64,000 bases of DNA from Eledone cirrhosa (GCA_964016885.1 OZ024765.1:434001-498000), one strand, 5' to 3'; counted from the stretch's first letter, positions 45,668 through 61,468 are shown. The notes: generated by a model from the letters alone, not told the origin. Program-made: numbers and translations.

Positions 45668-45671
<4 letters not shown>
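45287..45671 (-). mobile_element. Second HHR family C copy with HHR at 45501-45543 and a short inverted end (45650-45671)
   Basis: Minus strand reads GTCA-CTGAAGA-gGTCAC agaatgt GTGAC-GAAAG aa CT-T/TGAC. Highly similar to 39245-39550. Confidence 0.9.
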
Positions 45672-45708
<37 letters not shown>

Positions 45709-45714
<6 letters not shown>

Positions 45715-46037
45715 AGAAGAAGTTTATGAAATGGAAATGCGGGTATAAAGAATTTATTAGGTAACAATTGTTTCTATAGTGTATGAGTTACCTATACCTC
45801 GCTATTTGAATAATATAAAAATATTATCATAAACCGAAGGTACACTGTAAGCCAACACACCATGTCGTCAGACCTTTGTATTAGAATGATATGAAAATAT
45901 TTTATACCCGCATTTCCATTTCATAAACTTCTTCTCCATATTTTCTCCGGATTTTAAAACACACTTTATTATACGTTGAGCAATCTCTGACGTCGCTTGA
46001 CTCCATCCAATGCAACTACTCAGTAACATTGGAATAC

Positions 46038-46042
<5 letters not shown>
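45709..46042. mobile_element. Element with 41-bp inverted repeats (45709-45749 and 45901-45941) enclosing an HHR
   Basis: atatggagaagaagtttatgaaatggaaatgcgggtataaa and its exact reverse complement. (TA)n flanks. Confidence 0.85.
45759..45875 (-). ncRNA. HHR with intact core and long stem II
   Basis: Minus strand reads AGGT-CTGACGA-(long imperfect hairpin tggtgtg...tacacta)-GAAAC-AATT-GT-T/ACCT. Confidence 0.72.
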
Positions 46043-46107
<65 letters not shown>

Positions 46108-46151
46108 TGATTGTATCTATATATATATATATATATATACATATGATTGTA

Positions 46152-46190
<39 letters not shown>

Positions 46191-46409
46191 TATAGAAATA
46201 TACACACCAAGAAATGTGTTTTGAATATATATTTATATATATATAAGTGTGTGTGTGTGGGGGGGTGTGTGCGTGTATGTGTGTATGTGTGTATGTATGT
46301 GTGTTTATGTGTGTATGTGTGTGTATGTGTGTGTGCGTGCGTGTATATGTGTATGTGTGTATGTATATGTGCGTGTGTATGTGTGGTGTGTGTGTGTGTG
46401 TGTGCGTGT

Positions 46410-46441
<32 letters not shown>

Positions 46442-46479
46442 GTATGTGTGTGTTTGTGTGTGTGTGCGTGTGTGTGCGT

Positions 46480-46565
46480 CACGGCGAGATTTGAACTCAG
46501 AACGTAAAATGCCATAACCCAATGTTGCAAAACATGTTTTCCGACGCTCTACCGATTCTGCCGAC
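46480..46565 (-). mobile_element. SINE family 1 head fragment
   Basis: Reverse complement ggcagaatcggtagagcgtcgg...ttctgagttcaaatctcgccg. Confidence 0.75.
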
Positions 46566-46574
46566 GCACGACCC

Positions 46575-46612
<38 letters not shown>

Positions 46613-48254
46613 TAATAATAATAATAACAACAACAACAACATTAATGATATTAATAGCAATCACAAAATCTTACTAGTTCTGTTTTTTGGGGGGTGTGGA
46701 GGGGCGTCGCCATATTTGTACCGACTGAATAATCATTACATTCTCAGGTGTTGTGGTAACAAAAGACGACACGTTATAATTACAATATTCCCTAGCTTAA
46801 TTATATAACATTTCTATTGATGATGTAAACAGATTACAATTACATATTTCTATGCGAATCCACTTTACCATTATTAGATGTTTCCTTGCATTCAAAATTG
46901 ATAATTATTAAAGGTTTCTACCAAAAACGTTATAAAAGTTACTGAAATATTCTCTACAATATCACCACTTCTTATACCACTCCTAACCATCCTCTAACTA
47001 TCCCCTAACCATCTTTTAACTATCTCCTACTTTTCTACACTTTCCTTCCTTTCTCATTTCTTTAGTGTCTTTGTACATTAATCACAGTTTTCTAAGGGTA
47101 GATTAGTTTTGTAGTTTTGTAGTTATATCATTTAATATATTCCTAGGCATTTGCAGCCACAGCGAAAATACTTGATAGCTTTCTCTCTCTTTATCTTGAT
47201 TGTATAGGAGTTTGATGCTGTTGTTATCTCCTCGTCTTTATAAGAATCAAAAGTGAAGAATTCTCGGTAAAAACCGAGGGTTCGAATCGTACTGTTACCA
47301 TTGTCGTGTGGTTTACTTTCAGCTTTCTGTAGCCACAACATAATTAAAGAGTTAACAAGTTTCTTTCGCAATTATTACTTCCATATGGGCGAGTTGTCAG
47401 TATTGTTCGGGCATTGGGCAAAAGGCTTTCTGTTTTGAGTTTAAATCCGGCGGACTTTAAGCTTTGTCTTCCATCGTTATGTGGAAAGACTTGTACTCGT
47501 ATTTGTTTAACTCCACAAAACCGGAATATGCTACGGCCTGATGCTTCTGTGCTGCCGACAGACTTTAACATTGCGATGGACTAGTGTCCTGTCTTAGATG
47601 GAGTCTGGTACTCTGACTTGCTTGACTCAACAGATACCCTCATAAGTCTCTTTTCTCCATACGCTGAAGAGTTTCCTTGCTCTATACGCAGACACGTAAT
47701 TATGCTGGGTTGCTTACTCGTTAATTTTCACGAGAATACTTTTCATTTTATCGAATAACTGGGAAGTAATCCTCGTCGAAAAACGACAGAGAACCATTCC
47801 ACTTTAAGAAAATCGGTTCGTCCTTATGCAAGAAACATTGATTCTATTTGGCAGTCATCCAGTTAAATTCTCCCACACACACACATACACGGATATAACG
47901 ACATTTTATTCTTCATCACAAAATTTAGGAGTCGATCAAAGCTTAATATTTCATCACTGGTTAGGATAAAATTAAAAGAAAAACTGCTTTTCACTTTGAC
48001 CCGTTCGACGTAACTTACAGCTGAATACATGCCAAATACAAATTTAGACATTTGCTTATCTTTCAAATAATTACCTTCTCTGATCATTGATCGGCAGAAA
48101 CCCAGACCTCATCGATTGCCGAGTGAGGTTGTCCTCGTCAAGTCCGACCAAGAAAACATTGTTTTCCGTAAGTCTTTCCATTTCTGATAATATTAATATC
48201 TATAATATCTATCTGTCGCAACTCCTGGTGGAATATATGTATATATATGTATAT

Positions 48255-48368
<114 letters not shown>

Positions 48369-48421
48369 TATGTAATAAACAACATAAGGTAATTATTCCA
48401 TCATCAGAATGAAAAATATAT

Positions 48422-48461
<40 letters not shown>

Positions 48462-48930
48462 CTGTGTGTGTATGTATGTATGTAGCTTTGTGTGTGTGTT
48501 CAGCCTTTTGTCACCCTGTAATGTTTTTCACATGGCTAGTTTCATTCATGCATGTGCAAAAATAATATTTTATTTTATTATCTAAATATTTCATTATTTT
48601 TATTTCTACGAATGAAATTTCTATGGATACAAATTGACGGAAATAGCTCCCAGTATCCAAAGAAAAAGCAACGTTCAATGAAGATGATAATTATTAATAA
48701 CGGAAAAAACATTGACTGAAACTAAGGGAAAAACATTTTTATTAAGAAGCTTTAAAACATGCATGAATGGACTATGGACTACAATTCTGTGTTTGTCTGC
48801 GGAAATTGCTGAATCGAGCAAGAAAGGAAAATCATCATATTGTCTTAAGAGGTTAATGTGTAACGGAACATGTAAAATTATTGAGTTGACGCATGCGTTT
48901 AAAGAACATGTATAATTTAACAAGAAAAGA

Positions 48931-49033
<103 letters not shown>

Positions 49034-49056
49034 TATATGTATATATATATATATTA

Positions 49057-49394
49057 GAAAGTGAGGTTTTTTTTACAAAATGAAAAATAACCTAGGTGGC
49101 TTACACGAGTGAAAGTATAAAGAAAAAGAGATGAAATCGAAAATGCAACTGGAGTCTTATTTTTTTTTAAAATATATATATTTATTTGGTTCCTTTATCG
49201 GTTTCGCAGTTCTGCTTTTCAAAAGGTGAGTTGAGATGGAGGGTCTGTGGTTTTTCTCACAGACCCTCCATCTTAACTCACCTTTTGAAAAGCAGAAGAA
49301 CTGCGAAACCGGTAAAGGAACCAAATAAATATATATATTTAAAAAAAAAATAAGACACCAGTTGCATTTTCGATTTCATCCCTTTTTCTTTATA
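49057..49394. mobile_element. Palindromic element (arms 49116-49249 and 49258-49394, 8-nt loop, tail 49057-49115)
   Basis: Inverted arms with a few mismatches and indels. TA flanks. Confidence 0.92.
49281..49318 (+). ncRNA. Minimal hammerhead ribozyme with U3-A8 compensatory core (mirror copy on minus strand 49192-49226)
   Basis: CCTT-TTGAAAA-GCAG aagaa CTGC-GAAAC-CG-GT-A/AAGG. All stems pair. Stem III is the palindrome ACCGGT. Confidence 0.82.
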
Positions 49395-49403
49395 TATATA
49401 TAT

Positions 49404-49472
49404 AGTTTTAATATAGAAGAGCTTCTACAGGACTATAACTGTTTCATTCGTGAAGAAACACCAGGGAGCTGG
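49404..49472 (-). mobile_element. Degenerate HHR family A copy
   Basis: Reverse complement agctcc-ctggtg..cgaat-gaaacag ttatagtc ctgta-gaagctcttctatattaaaact. Confidence 0.8.
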
Positions 49473-49476
49473 CTAT

Positions 49477-49589
<113 letters not shown>

Positions 49590-49900
49590 AGGGAAAGTAT
49601 CCCCGTTTTCGTTTGCAGAAGATGGCGGCTCGTAAGATTTTATAGTGATATAAAAGAAACTTCAGCTTTGTTTCAATAAATTGAGAATCCATTTTGGTTC
49701 TACGTTAATCTTTGTAAGAAAAATAACGTAATGGAGGGTACATTGAAAAAGAAAAAGTCAAGGTTTCAATAAAAACATGGAATCATTTATCGGAATACGA
49801 AAGATATTCCTCACAAAAGCTGTAATTTCAGAGTTGTTCCATTTTCAATAATATTTGTTATATCAGGTTCTCTATATATCTATATCTATGTATCTATCTG

Positions 49901-49933
<33 letters not shown>

Positions 49934-49938
49934 ATCTA

Positions 49939-50013
<75 letters not shown>

Positions 50014-50041
50014 TCTCCCTCTCTCTAGATATATGTATGTG

Positions 50042-50141
<100 letters not shown>

Positions 50142-50311
50142 TGTGTGTGTGTTTGTGTGTATCAAATCAACAGATAGATAGATGGATGGGTAGTGAGACA
50201 GACAAACAAATAAACAAATTTGTAGGTAAAGAAAGAGAGAGAGAGAGAGAAAGAGACAGACAGGTAGACAGATCTATAGATGGATAGATAGATAGATTTA
50301 TACTTAGATAT

Positions 50312-50540
50312 GTTTCTCTTTATTGCCACGAGGGCGCAAAAGAAGTGGACGAATACAAAGTGGGGAGTTCACACAAAAGAACGAGTAAAACAAACCAATA
50401 ACAAATATAAAATTAAGAATAAAGTCCTCAATAGGGAGGAGGCGTTTTGGGGGGTAACCCCCCCCCCCCACCGAAAAAGTCTGCAACCCTTCTCCTCAGG
50501 AGCACAGAGAGAGGGTGCTCCCTTGTTCTTCCATCTTTTT
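50312..50540 (-). mobile_element. Probable LINE 3' UTR fragment
   Basis: Minus strand ends gccctcgtggcaataaagagaaa, similar to 22395-22482 (cctcc...attgaggac...gccctggtggcaaataaaaagaaa). Confidence 0.45.
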
Positions 50541-51122
50541 CACGTACAGGCTGATATAGAGAGATAGATACATAGACATATCAATTTGTAGATATGAGAT
50601 AATCAGATAGTTATGCAAATATCTAGGAAAGTTCGTATCATTCCTTTCATTATCCAAATTGATAAATCGCCGAAACGGTTATCATATATCGATAGAAATT
50701 TATTAACGATTCATGACAATATTTAAGGATAAAGATAAGAGGATATATCTCAGGGTTTCTGGGTCAATATAGGGGATTTACTGTGTTGGTAATGAAAAGG
50801 GTCAATATATTAGAAATCCTTATATTATTTAGGGGTTATATATTTGTTTGGTCGGTTTGCGGAAACTGAATATGTTTGGAAACGAATGAATGAGAAACTA
50901 TATACGTATTTTTATTTTAATTTGCTTAAGTACAAGCTTAACTGACCTTTGGTTAAATGTTAACGTGAGAGGAGAGATCTGGAGATTGGGAAGACAAAGA
51001 GAGGGATAGAGAGGGTGGGTGGGTGGATGAAAAGCTGACATATAGTGGGCGATGCACAATGGAAATGGGAAGCTATTGAGAATATATATATGTATATATA
51101 TATATATATATGTGAGTGTATA

Positions 51123-51188
<66 letters not shown>

Positions 51189-51200
51189 AGTGTATATATT

Positions 51201-51237
<37 letters not shown>

Positions 51238-51242
51238 GAGTG

Positions 51243-51279
<37 letters not shown>

Positions 51280-51314
51280 GTGTATATATGTATATATATG
51301 CATATATATGTGTA

Positions 51315-51387
<73 letters not shown>

Positions 51388-51430
51388 GTCTATATATCTC
51401 TATCTATCTCTCTCTCTATATATATAGATA

Positions 51431-51490
<60 letters not shown>

Positions 51491-51919
51491 AATATATATA
51501 TATATATGAAGATAGAGAGAAGGAGATAGAGAGATATGGTGGGAAAAAGTGGTTGTGGGAGAGAGGGGACGAGAATAGGATAACAAAATGGACGACTGAA
51601 TGTAAACGAAAACGAAGACGAAAACGAGAATTAAAATGAAAGTTATCGGAAAATTAGAATAAGTATTGTTACCAGAAATAACGTAAATGCCAGAACAGCA
51701 TTGTATGTAGTTCATATTAAACTTTGTAGGTCCTAATCTCATCTGCTATAGAGGAGAAAAACACGAAATGGATGTTCGAAAGTTCATGGTCATGATAGAA
51801 TCAGATATTAGTTCTGACTGAATTTATACTACCTCCTAACATAAAGAGACCGAGAAATTAATAAATGCACGGGTGCCATTTTGATTTCTAACTTGCGGAT
51901 GATTTGAATGTATATATAA

Positions 51920-51993
<74 letters not shown>

Positions 51994-52132
51994 ATATGTT
52001 TGTGGTTGTGCTTGTGTTAGTGTGTCAGTGTGTGCGTGTGTGTGATGTGTGTGTATGTATGTTTGTAAGTATGTGTGGGCATGTATTTATATCTATATTT
52101 ATATCTATGCATATATTTATGTATCTATCTTA

Positions 52133-52164
<32 letters not shown>

Positions 52165-52201
52165 ATACCTATCTATCTGCATGTAAATATACATGCATAT
52201 A

Positions 52202-52272
<71 letters not shown>

Positions 52273-52636
52273 GAACATCAACATAGGCTGTATACTCGTA
52301 ACTACAAATTCCTATTTTCCTTTCTTTATATTCTAATATAAATTGTATAAATGTAAAATGGATGCAATCGTCCAATTATACTGTGGTAATTTAAACAAAT
52401 AAAACTACTTTAATTTTTGTTGATTGTAAATTATGCTTACATACAATGTAAGCATAATTTACTGTTTGCCTATAGTACTGAGTTGATCTTTAAGACGTTT
52501 ACCGCTTCGTAGTTCTGCGTAGCTCGAGGATAAAGCGAAATATAATTATATCTTTGTAAATATATTTACGATGTACAACCTTACGTGAAAGATATATAGT
52601 ATATATATATTAGTTTGTATCGTTTATATACAACAC

Positions 52637-52811
52637 AATTGTTTCTACTTTTGGCACAAGGCCATCAATTACCCAATACATTACTGGTCCTTTATTAGTA
52701 AACGAAAGGCAACGTTAACCTCGGCGGGATTTGAACTAAGACCATAAAGGGACGTAACTATGCTGGAAAGCATGGCGTCCGACTCTCTACCGATACTGCC
52801 AATCCACCGCC
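52637..52811 (-). mobile_element. Full-length SINE family 1 with TSD
   Basis: gttt(a/g)tatacaaca at 52622-52635 and 52812-52825. Confidence 0.93.
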
Positions 52812-53058
52812 GTTTGTATACAACATAATATGATTCAATGCGTTGTGATATGTCGTAATATGTTGTAATATTTTGTGATATTTCGTGTTTGAGTTTATAT
52901 ATGTACGTATGTGTATAACTAACTATGTAGGTATGTATGTATATGGCACGGTTTACAGCTGATGAAGGATTTATTCTCTTGTGTCTCGTCCATACTACAA
53001 TCTTAACATCTTAAACTTTGTTTACAGTAACCACACAACTCATTTCGTTTAATATATG

Positions 53059-53198
<140 letters not shown>

Positions 53199-53875
53199 GA
53201 AATACTGTTGGCTTCATGCTCACAATAAATACTATAATTTCATTTAAATACATATATATATATATATATATATATACAGCAATATATATACACTATATAT
53301 ATATACGAATTAATGAGTGTTCTTCTTATCGTGTCCACAAGAGTGTCAGTTACAAAGCTTGGCTAGCTGTCGTTCCATCACACGTGAACATATTGCTGTC
53401 CTTTCTCATTAAGCTCTGCCAAGTCCGATTTTGTGCAGGGGTGTTCCAGCAGGGAGCATAATAGAAGGTGCTACTTAGTCTGTAGTTCAATGCAGAAGTC
53501 AGACAGAACGTCCCCATCCTTTAAATATCACAATTTTGCAAGACTAGCTTTTGCAAGACCAACAACAGATCTTAATCTGTTGAGGCGTATTGTATACTGA
53601 AATACGGTTTCATATTATTTTTGACTACAACCTTTCTAGATTTCTCTTCGTCAGATAATTTGAAGAATGTATTCCATGTAAGCACCATCACGCAACTGTC
53701 TGAGATAAAGAACAACAGTAATAAATGCATCGACGCGGAATCGTCCACATGAGGACGAATTATATGTGAAGGGAGACGGATGGTTTAGAGAGAAATATAT
53801 ATATATATGTATATATACAGGAGACAGAGAGAATTATAGCATGCCTAAAGAGATATTTAGAATGTATAGAAATGA

Positions 53876-53968
<93 letters not shown>

Positions 53969-54105
53969 GGTATACATATACATATATACATATGTATATG
54001 TTTATGGATGTATATATATATATATCGTAGGGGACAGAAAGAAGCGTAGCATGCCTAAATAGAGATTTAGGCTGTATGTAAAAGAAGATATATATATATA
54101 TATAT

Positions 54106-54188
<83 letters not shown>

Positions 54189-54212
54189 AGTATATATATA
54201 TATATATATACA

Positions 54213-54315
<103 letters not shown>

Positions 54316-54319
54316 TATA

Positions 54320-54356
<37 letters not shown>

Positions 54357-54382
54357 TATATATATATATATATATATATACA

Positions 54383-54485
<103 letters not shown>

Positions 54486-55025
54486 CACATACACATACAT
54501 ACATACAAATATAAGGTACGGAAAAGAAATATAGCATGCTTAAACAATGTAAACGAGAAGGTGGAACCGTCCATGGGAATATGTAACGATACGCTAATAA
54601 TTAAAATTATGTTTTTAAGGGTTAACAATTACAGAAAATGGATTATATTTTCCATACATCATGCTTTTTACAATAAACATCGATATTAACTCACAATTCT
54701 GACCAATACACAAGGGATATAGTTCAAAATATATCAATTCAAACGTAGCTGGTACATTAATATTATTTCCATCTCCGTAATGGAGACAGTGGCTATGGAA
54801 AATGCATCGATCATCGTCTGGTGAAGCATACACGTTCTTAATCTTCTTATGGATTTGAACAATATTTGGCAGTATGGCAAAGTAAAGGCATTGGAAGGAA
54901 GGGGGAACAATATATATGTATATGAAGAAGAAGTGGGGGGGGGGGATGAGAAGAATGAGAAGAGAGAGAAGAAGGTGAAGAAGAAGGAGAAGAAGAAGAA
55001 GAAGAAGAAGAAGAAGAAGAAGAAG

Positions 55026-55057
<32 letters not shown>

Positions 55058-55246
55058 GAAGTAGAAGAAGAAGAAGAAGGAGAAGGAGAAGAAGTAGAAG
55101 AAGAAGAAGAAGAAGAAGAAGAAGAAGAAGAAGAAGAAGAAGAAGAAGAAGAAAAAGAAGGAGGCGAAGGGGGAGGAGGGGGAGGAGAAGAAGAAGAAGA
55201 AGAAGAAGAAGAAGCGGTAGAAGGAGGCGAAGAGGAAGGAGGAGGA

Positions 55247-55330
<84 letters not shown>

Positions 55331-55474
55331 GAAGAAGAAGAAGAAGAAGCAGAAGAAGAAGAAGAAGAAGAAGAAGATGAAGAAGAAGCAGAAGACGAAG
55401 AAGAAGAAGAAGACGAAGACGAAGAAGAAGAAGAAGAAGAAGCGGTAGAAGGAGGCGAAGGGGAAGGAGGAGGA

Positions 55475-55570
<96 letters not shown>

Positions 55571-55904
55571 GAAGAAGAAGAAGGAGATGAAGAAGAAGCA
55601 GAAGACGAAGAAGAAGAAGAAGAAGAAGAAGAAGAAGAAGAAGAAGAAGAAGAAGAAGAAGAAGAAGAAGAAGAAGAAGAAGAAGAAGAAGAAGAAGAAA
55701 AAAAATGGAAGAAATGCGCCAGAATTGATTATGTATCATGTTAGTTGCATTCAGAAGAAATTGTCTTAAAAGCTGCGTTGGAAAGAAATGAAGAGAGACG
55801 ACTAAGATCTTCCAAAGACCCGTGTATGATAGAGTGAAAAACAGTGGAAATATATATATCTACTACACCACCTCTCGTATATATATGTATATGTATGTAT
55901 GTAT

Positions 55905-55982
<78 letters not shown>

Positions 55983-56155
55983 ATAATATAATAAATATTA
56001 CTCAATATATACATATATGTATATGCATATGCATATATATATTAATATATATATATAATATATATATATTAATATATATATATATATATTAATATACATA
56101 TATATATAATATATATGAATATATATATATATATACAAACATATTTATATATATG

Positions 56156-56189
<34 letters not shown>

Positions 56190-56257
56190 CATATATATTT
56201 ATATATTATATATTCATATGTACACGCAGACACACACTCACACGCAGAAACACAATT

Positions 56258-56315
<58 letters not shown>

Positions 56316-56397
56316 CATACATTTTTATTCATGCTTTCATGTACATATGCAGAAACAATTATTAATTCATTATATATATATATATACATATATATAC

Positions 56398-56441
<44 letters not shown>

Positions 56442-56994
56442 TATATACATGTATATATATTTCTACATATATGTAAATATACATACACACATATATTCAT
56501 ATATTTCTCCATATATACATACATATATACATACAATATACATAAATATATATTTCTTTACATAAACATTTATATACTGTTATATATATATCTATATATA
56601 ATATTATTAAAGTTTGCGCAAACATAAAGAAGTATGCAGATATATTAATACAAAATGGACGACTTCACATAGATTTCATTTTGTTGTTGTTAATATCGCT
56701 CCAAATTTTCTGCCTTGCTTACTCGTTCTTATTAATTATTCAACTCAGAAAATGTATAATAAACTGAGAGTTCCTAGATTTTATTCCAATTTTTTCTATT
56801 TTTCATTCAGGTTTATATCTATTCTGAATAATGTCTTTAAAATTCAGTACATCCCTGCTTGGGAGCTACACATATACGTACATACTTATATGTTTACACA
56901 GGCTGCAAATTCACTTAACGTACGCAAAGAGGGAAGAAAGATTCTTAGTTCTGAATGTGTGTATATATATATATATATATATATGTGCGTGTAT

Positions 56995-57071
<77 letters not shown>

Positions 57072-57172
57072 TATATATTTATATTTATATATATAGATAT
57101 ACATATATATATATACACAAACAATAATTCATATATATGATATCAATCTTTCACTCTCACCCTCTGTATAAA

Positions 57173-57290
<118 letters not shown>

Positions 57291-57412
57291 AATAAATATA
57301 TTCGGAATAATAAAAGAAAATGTATAAAGGAGGGATCTAAAAATGTCATCGGCCGAAACAAGGAGAGTGCAAAAAGCCGTAGGTTGTATGAATGTATATA
57401 TATATATATACA

Positions 57413-57517
<105 letters not shown>

Positions 57518-57703
57518 TACATACATATGTGAGTGTGTATTATGTACAAATATATTAAAGTTTTAAAAATGTACTGCAATTTACACTCACCATCGACATT
57601 GATATAAATATATACATACGCACACATATATACACATACATATATACCTGCTTATATACAAATATATATACATACATATTTATATATGTATATATATATA
57701 TAA

Positions 57704-57734
<31 letters not shown>

Positions 57735-57827
57735 TATTCAAATATATATTAATATATATATATATACACTCGCATGTATATGTCTCTCTCTCTTTCTCTC
57801 TCTATTTATATATCTGTCCATCTATCT

Positions 57828-57897
<70 letters not shown>

Positions 57898-58053
57898 TTG
57901 TTGGTATGTAGGTGTTAGGTGTAGTTAGGATTTAGTGTTGGAATGTACCTGTTTAAATATTAATATCAACAGGCGTATCGCTAGATATATATTGAAGCAG
58001 GTTATGGTTTATTCATGTAAAACAAATAAGGCACCTCTTAATGTTTTGCGCTA

Positions 58054-58161
58054 CACACATATATACCTCCAGTCACATATATATATACAGGCATCTATAT
58101 ATATATATAGACACTTACACACGCACATATATACCCCTAGTCACATATATATATACAGGAA

Positions 58162-58238
<77 letters not shown>

Positions 58239-58500
58239 ACTTATATATACATACACCCAGTCACATATATATATATATACAGGCATCTATATATATATAT
58301 ACATACATTTATACATACACACATGGCCGCATTTATACATATATATAAAGATATACACTCACACATACACACATATCTCCAGTTACACATATATATACGG
58401 GCATCTAAATTTATATATACATACACTTATAGGCCCACACACATACCCCCAGTTACACACATATTTACGGGACATCTATACATCTACATATGCACATACA
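58054..58500. repeat. Degenerate minisatellite (ccagtcacatatatatatacaggcatcta), ~5 copies
   Basis: Anchors near 58069, 58137, 58257, 58379 and 58449. Confidence 0.75.
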
Positions 58501-58612
58501 TTTATACACAGATACACACATAGAGTTATATACATACTGATATGGATTACAGGTTAATATGTAGTCTAGATATATGTGAAACAAAACGAGGATTTAGTTT
58601 ATGGAACAACCA

Positions 58613-59058
58613 AATGATTTAGAAGTCGACCTTAAGTAGGAGCAATAACATAAAGAAAGACATGCACGACACCACAACACTTTGTTTTGAAAATTTTGAA
58701 AGTAGGTTTATAGGTATGAATTTTCAAGAGATTTGTGTAGTAGTCTCTGTGGCCCAGTGGTAAATACTAGAGATGGTGGAGCTCCTGTTCTTGGGTTCAA
58801 TCCTGGTCGAGAGGTACATGTAAGATTTTTGAAGTTTTTATTTTACAACCAATAGAAAAAAACTGAAAAGGTTTACTGGGACACCTACTCCCGACCAGGA
58901 TTGATCTTCAGACCAAGCTCACCACTGTCTATGATTCGTCCCACTAGGCCATCGAGACAGCTACAATAGTACAATGAAAATTGATACTTATAAACCTACT
59001 TTCAAAAGCAAATTTAAAAAGAGCTATTAGTAATATTTAGGGTCGACTTCCAGTCATT
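58613..59058. mobile_element. Imperfect ~450-bp inverted repeat containing two convergent tRNA-like units (58743-58814 +, 58883-58958 -)
   Basis: Left unit: TGGCCCAGTGG...GGTTCAATCCTGGTCG. Right unit on minus strand: TGGCCTAGTGG...AGATCAATCCTGGTCG. The outer arms ttttgaaagtaggtttata and gaagtcgacc are mirrored. Confidence 0.8.
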
Positions 59059-59270
59059 ATTGAAAGTCTCTGGATTTCACAAAATACATAATAATTTTTA
59101 TTAGAGAAGTTAAAATACTTTGCTAAAAATTTGATTGCACTGTTTTCTTTCGACTTAGGTATTTTTCGAAAATGTTATTTATTCATTATACAAGTTAAAT
59201 CATAGCATTCTATATGTAGGTGGACTCCCATCATCTCCTGGTAACCAATATGTTTAGACCCAGTCTACCA

Positions 59271-59318
<48 letters not shown>

Positions 59319-59320
<2 letters not shown>

Positions 59321-59503
59321 CGAAGGAAATGTGGTAAGGAACCAGGTGGACCATAACGCACCAAAGTACTCAATACTTAGGGTAGTAGAGTGGGTAATAG
59401 GAGCAAGTAAGACCACGACGGCTGAGCTCAAGCCGTTTCGACGGCTAATTCTGGAATTAACCGTCGAAACGGCTTGAGCTCAGCCGTCAGGGTCTTACTT
59501 GTT

Positions 59504-59508
<5 letters not shown>
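59319..59508. mobile_element. HHR family B fold-back element (arms 59397-59451 and 59454-59508, tail 59319-59396)
   Basis: Right arm reads ccgtc-GAAAC-GGC ttgagctca GCC-GT-C/agggtc. The left arm is its reverse complement with few mismatches. Confidence 0.9.
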
Positions 59509-59563
<55 letters not shown>

Positions 59564-59945
59564 AAGAAAGGAAGAAGAAAGTGGGACGCCTGGTAATTTC
59601 ACAAGCTGAAACCACTTGGTGTCACGTTCCGGTTATATATCTATCTCACTGTCTTTCTTTCCCTATATATACAGACAGTAGTCCTATTTCGTAAGCGGAC
59701 GGCAAGCGATAGCTTATTCCGATTCATTAAAGCCATAGACAGAGTGTGCAAAGACAGTATTTTACGATCTTAAACCTGGTTCATAACCGACGTCATTCGT
59801 GAAACTCTTATTAATATAACCGTATAAACTAAACATTGCAGTACATATTAACGTATTCTCTCGTTCACAGTTTGAATTGTTCGTTTCTAATCTAATACCT
59901 CTCACACATACATATATATATATACATATATACATATAAACAGAC

Positions 59946-59982
<37 letters not shown>

Positions 59983-60054
59983 TAAATATATAAATATATA
60001 TATAAATGTATAAATATGAATATATATGCGTATATATATATATATGTATATACA

Positions 60055-60159
<105 letters not shown>

Positions 60160-60506
60160 CCTACATATATATATACACACTCACACTTATACATATACGT
60201 GTGTAAAGCTACCACTTGAGTTATGGATTAAGTAGAAAATAAAAGAAAATGCAGAAGAAATCTTTAAATCTGGAGAAAAAACATAAAAAGTTAAACCAAA
60301 CCAAATCAAGAAATCTGATAAAGATAAAAATAATAATACAAAGATGATAAACGGACCAACTAAATAAATTGTTTTGCTGAACTGAACTATTAATATTGTT
60401 TGTGATCTTTAGGTGTTAGAAAAGGTTCTGGTATGGTTTTTTTCTATATAGACACATACATACATATATATAGGAATATGTATGTATATATATCACATAT
60501 ATATAT

Positions 60507-60585
<79 letters not shown>

Positions 60586-60587
60586 TA

Positions 60588-60666
<79 letters not shown>

Positions 60667-60718
60667 CGTATTTATATGTATATATATATATATATATATG
60701 CATGTCTGTGTTTATATG

Positions 60719-60756
<38 letters not shown>

Positions 60757-61224
60757 CGTATATATATATGTATACATATATTTGAATGGAAATATATGTA
60801 TATATATATATGTATATATATTTATGTGTACATAAAAATATTTATATATTAATATACAAATATATATACACATTCATGTGATTATATGGATATATATTAT
60901 AAGGATATATATTTGTATGTTAATATACAAATATATATACAAATTCATGGTTATAACGATATATATGTTTTTGTTTAGATTAATTTTCTATATTCTTCTC
61001 CAACTCCAGTTGGCCTCCGTCCGTTTTTTTTCTTTTAATAGAATAGCTGTGCCAAGAGAAGATGTTTAAGAGAAGAACCTTCATAACGGCGGCCATTTTA
61101 ATTTTCCTCTGTACACAACTTATCAAGAACTATCTTTAACTGAAAGTGGATGAAATTAAGAAGTAAAAAATGATTTATTCCGTTTATCTTCTGCAATATA
61201 AACTTACATATATATATAATATAT

Positions 61225-61290
<66 letters not shown>

Positions 61291-61399
61291 ATATATGTGT
61301 TTTTATATATATATATGTGTATATGTATACATATATATATGTGTAAACATATGTATAAAAATATGTATGTATGCACACATGCACAGACACCCACACATT

Positions 61400-61468
<69 letters not shown>

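Noticed and set aside
53620-53660. Minus-strand CTGACGA-AGA gaaa TCT-aGAAA as an HHR
   Set aside because: Stems I and III do not pair, so it is likely chance.
54615-54900. Non-repetitive tail of the 374-aa ORF
   Set aside because: No recognisable motif or clear splice sites. The ORF length comes from the adjacent microsatellite.
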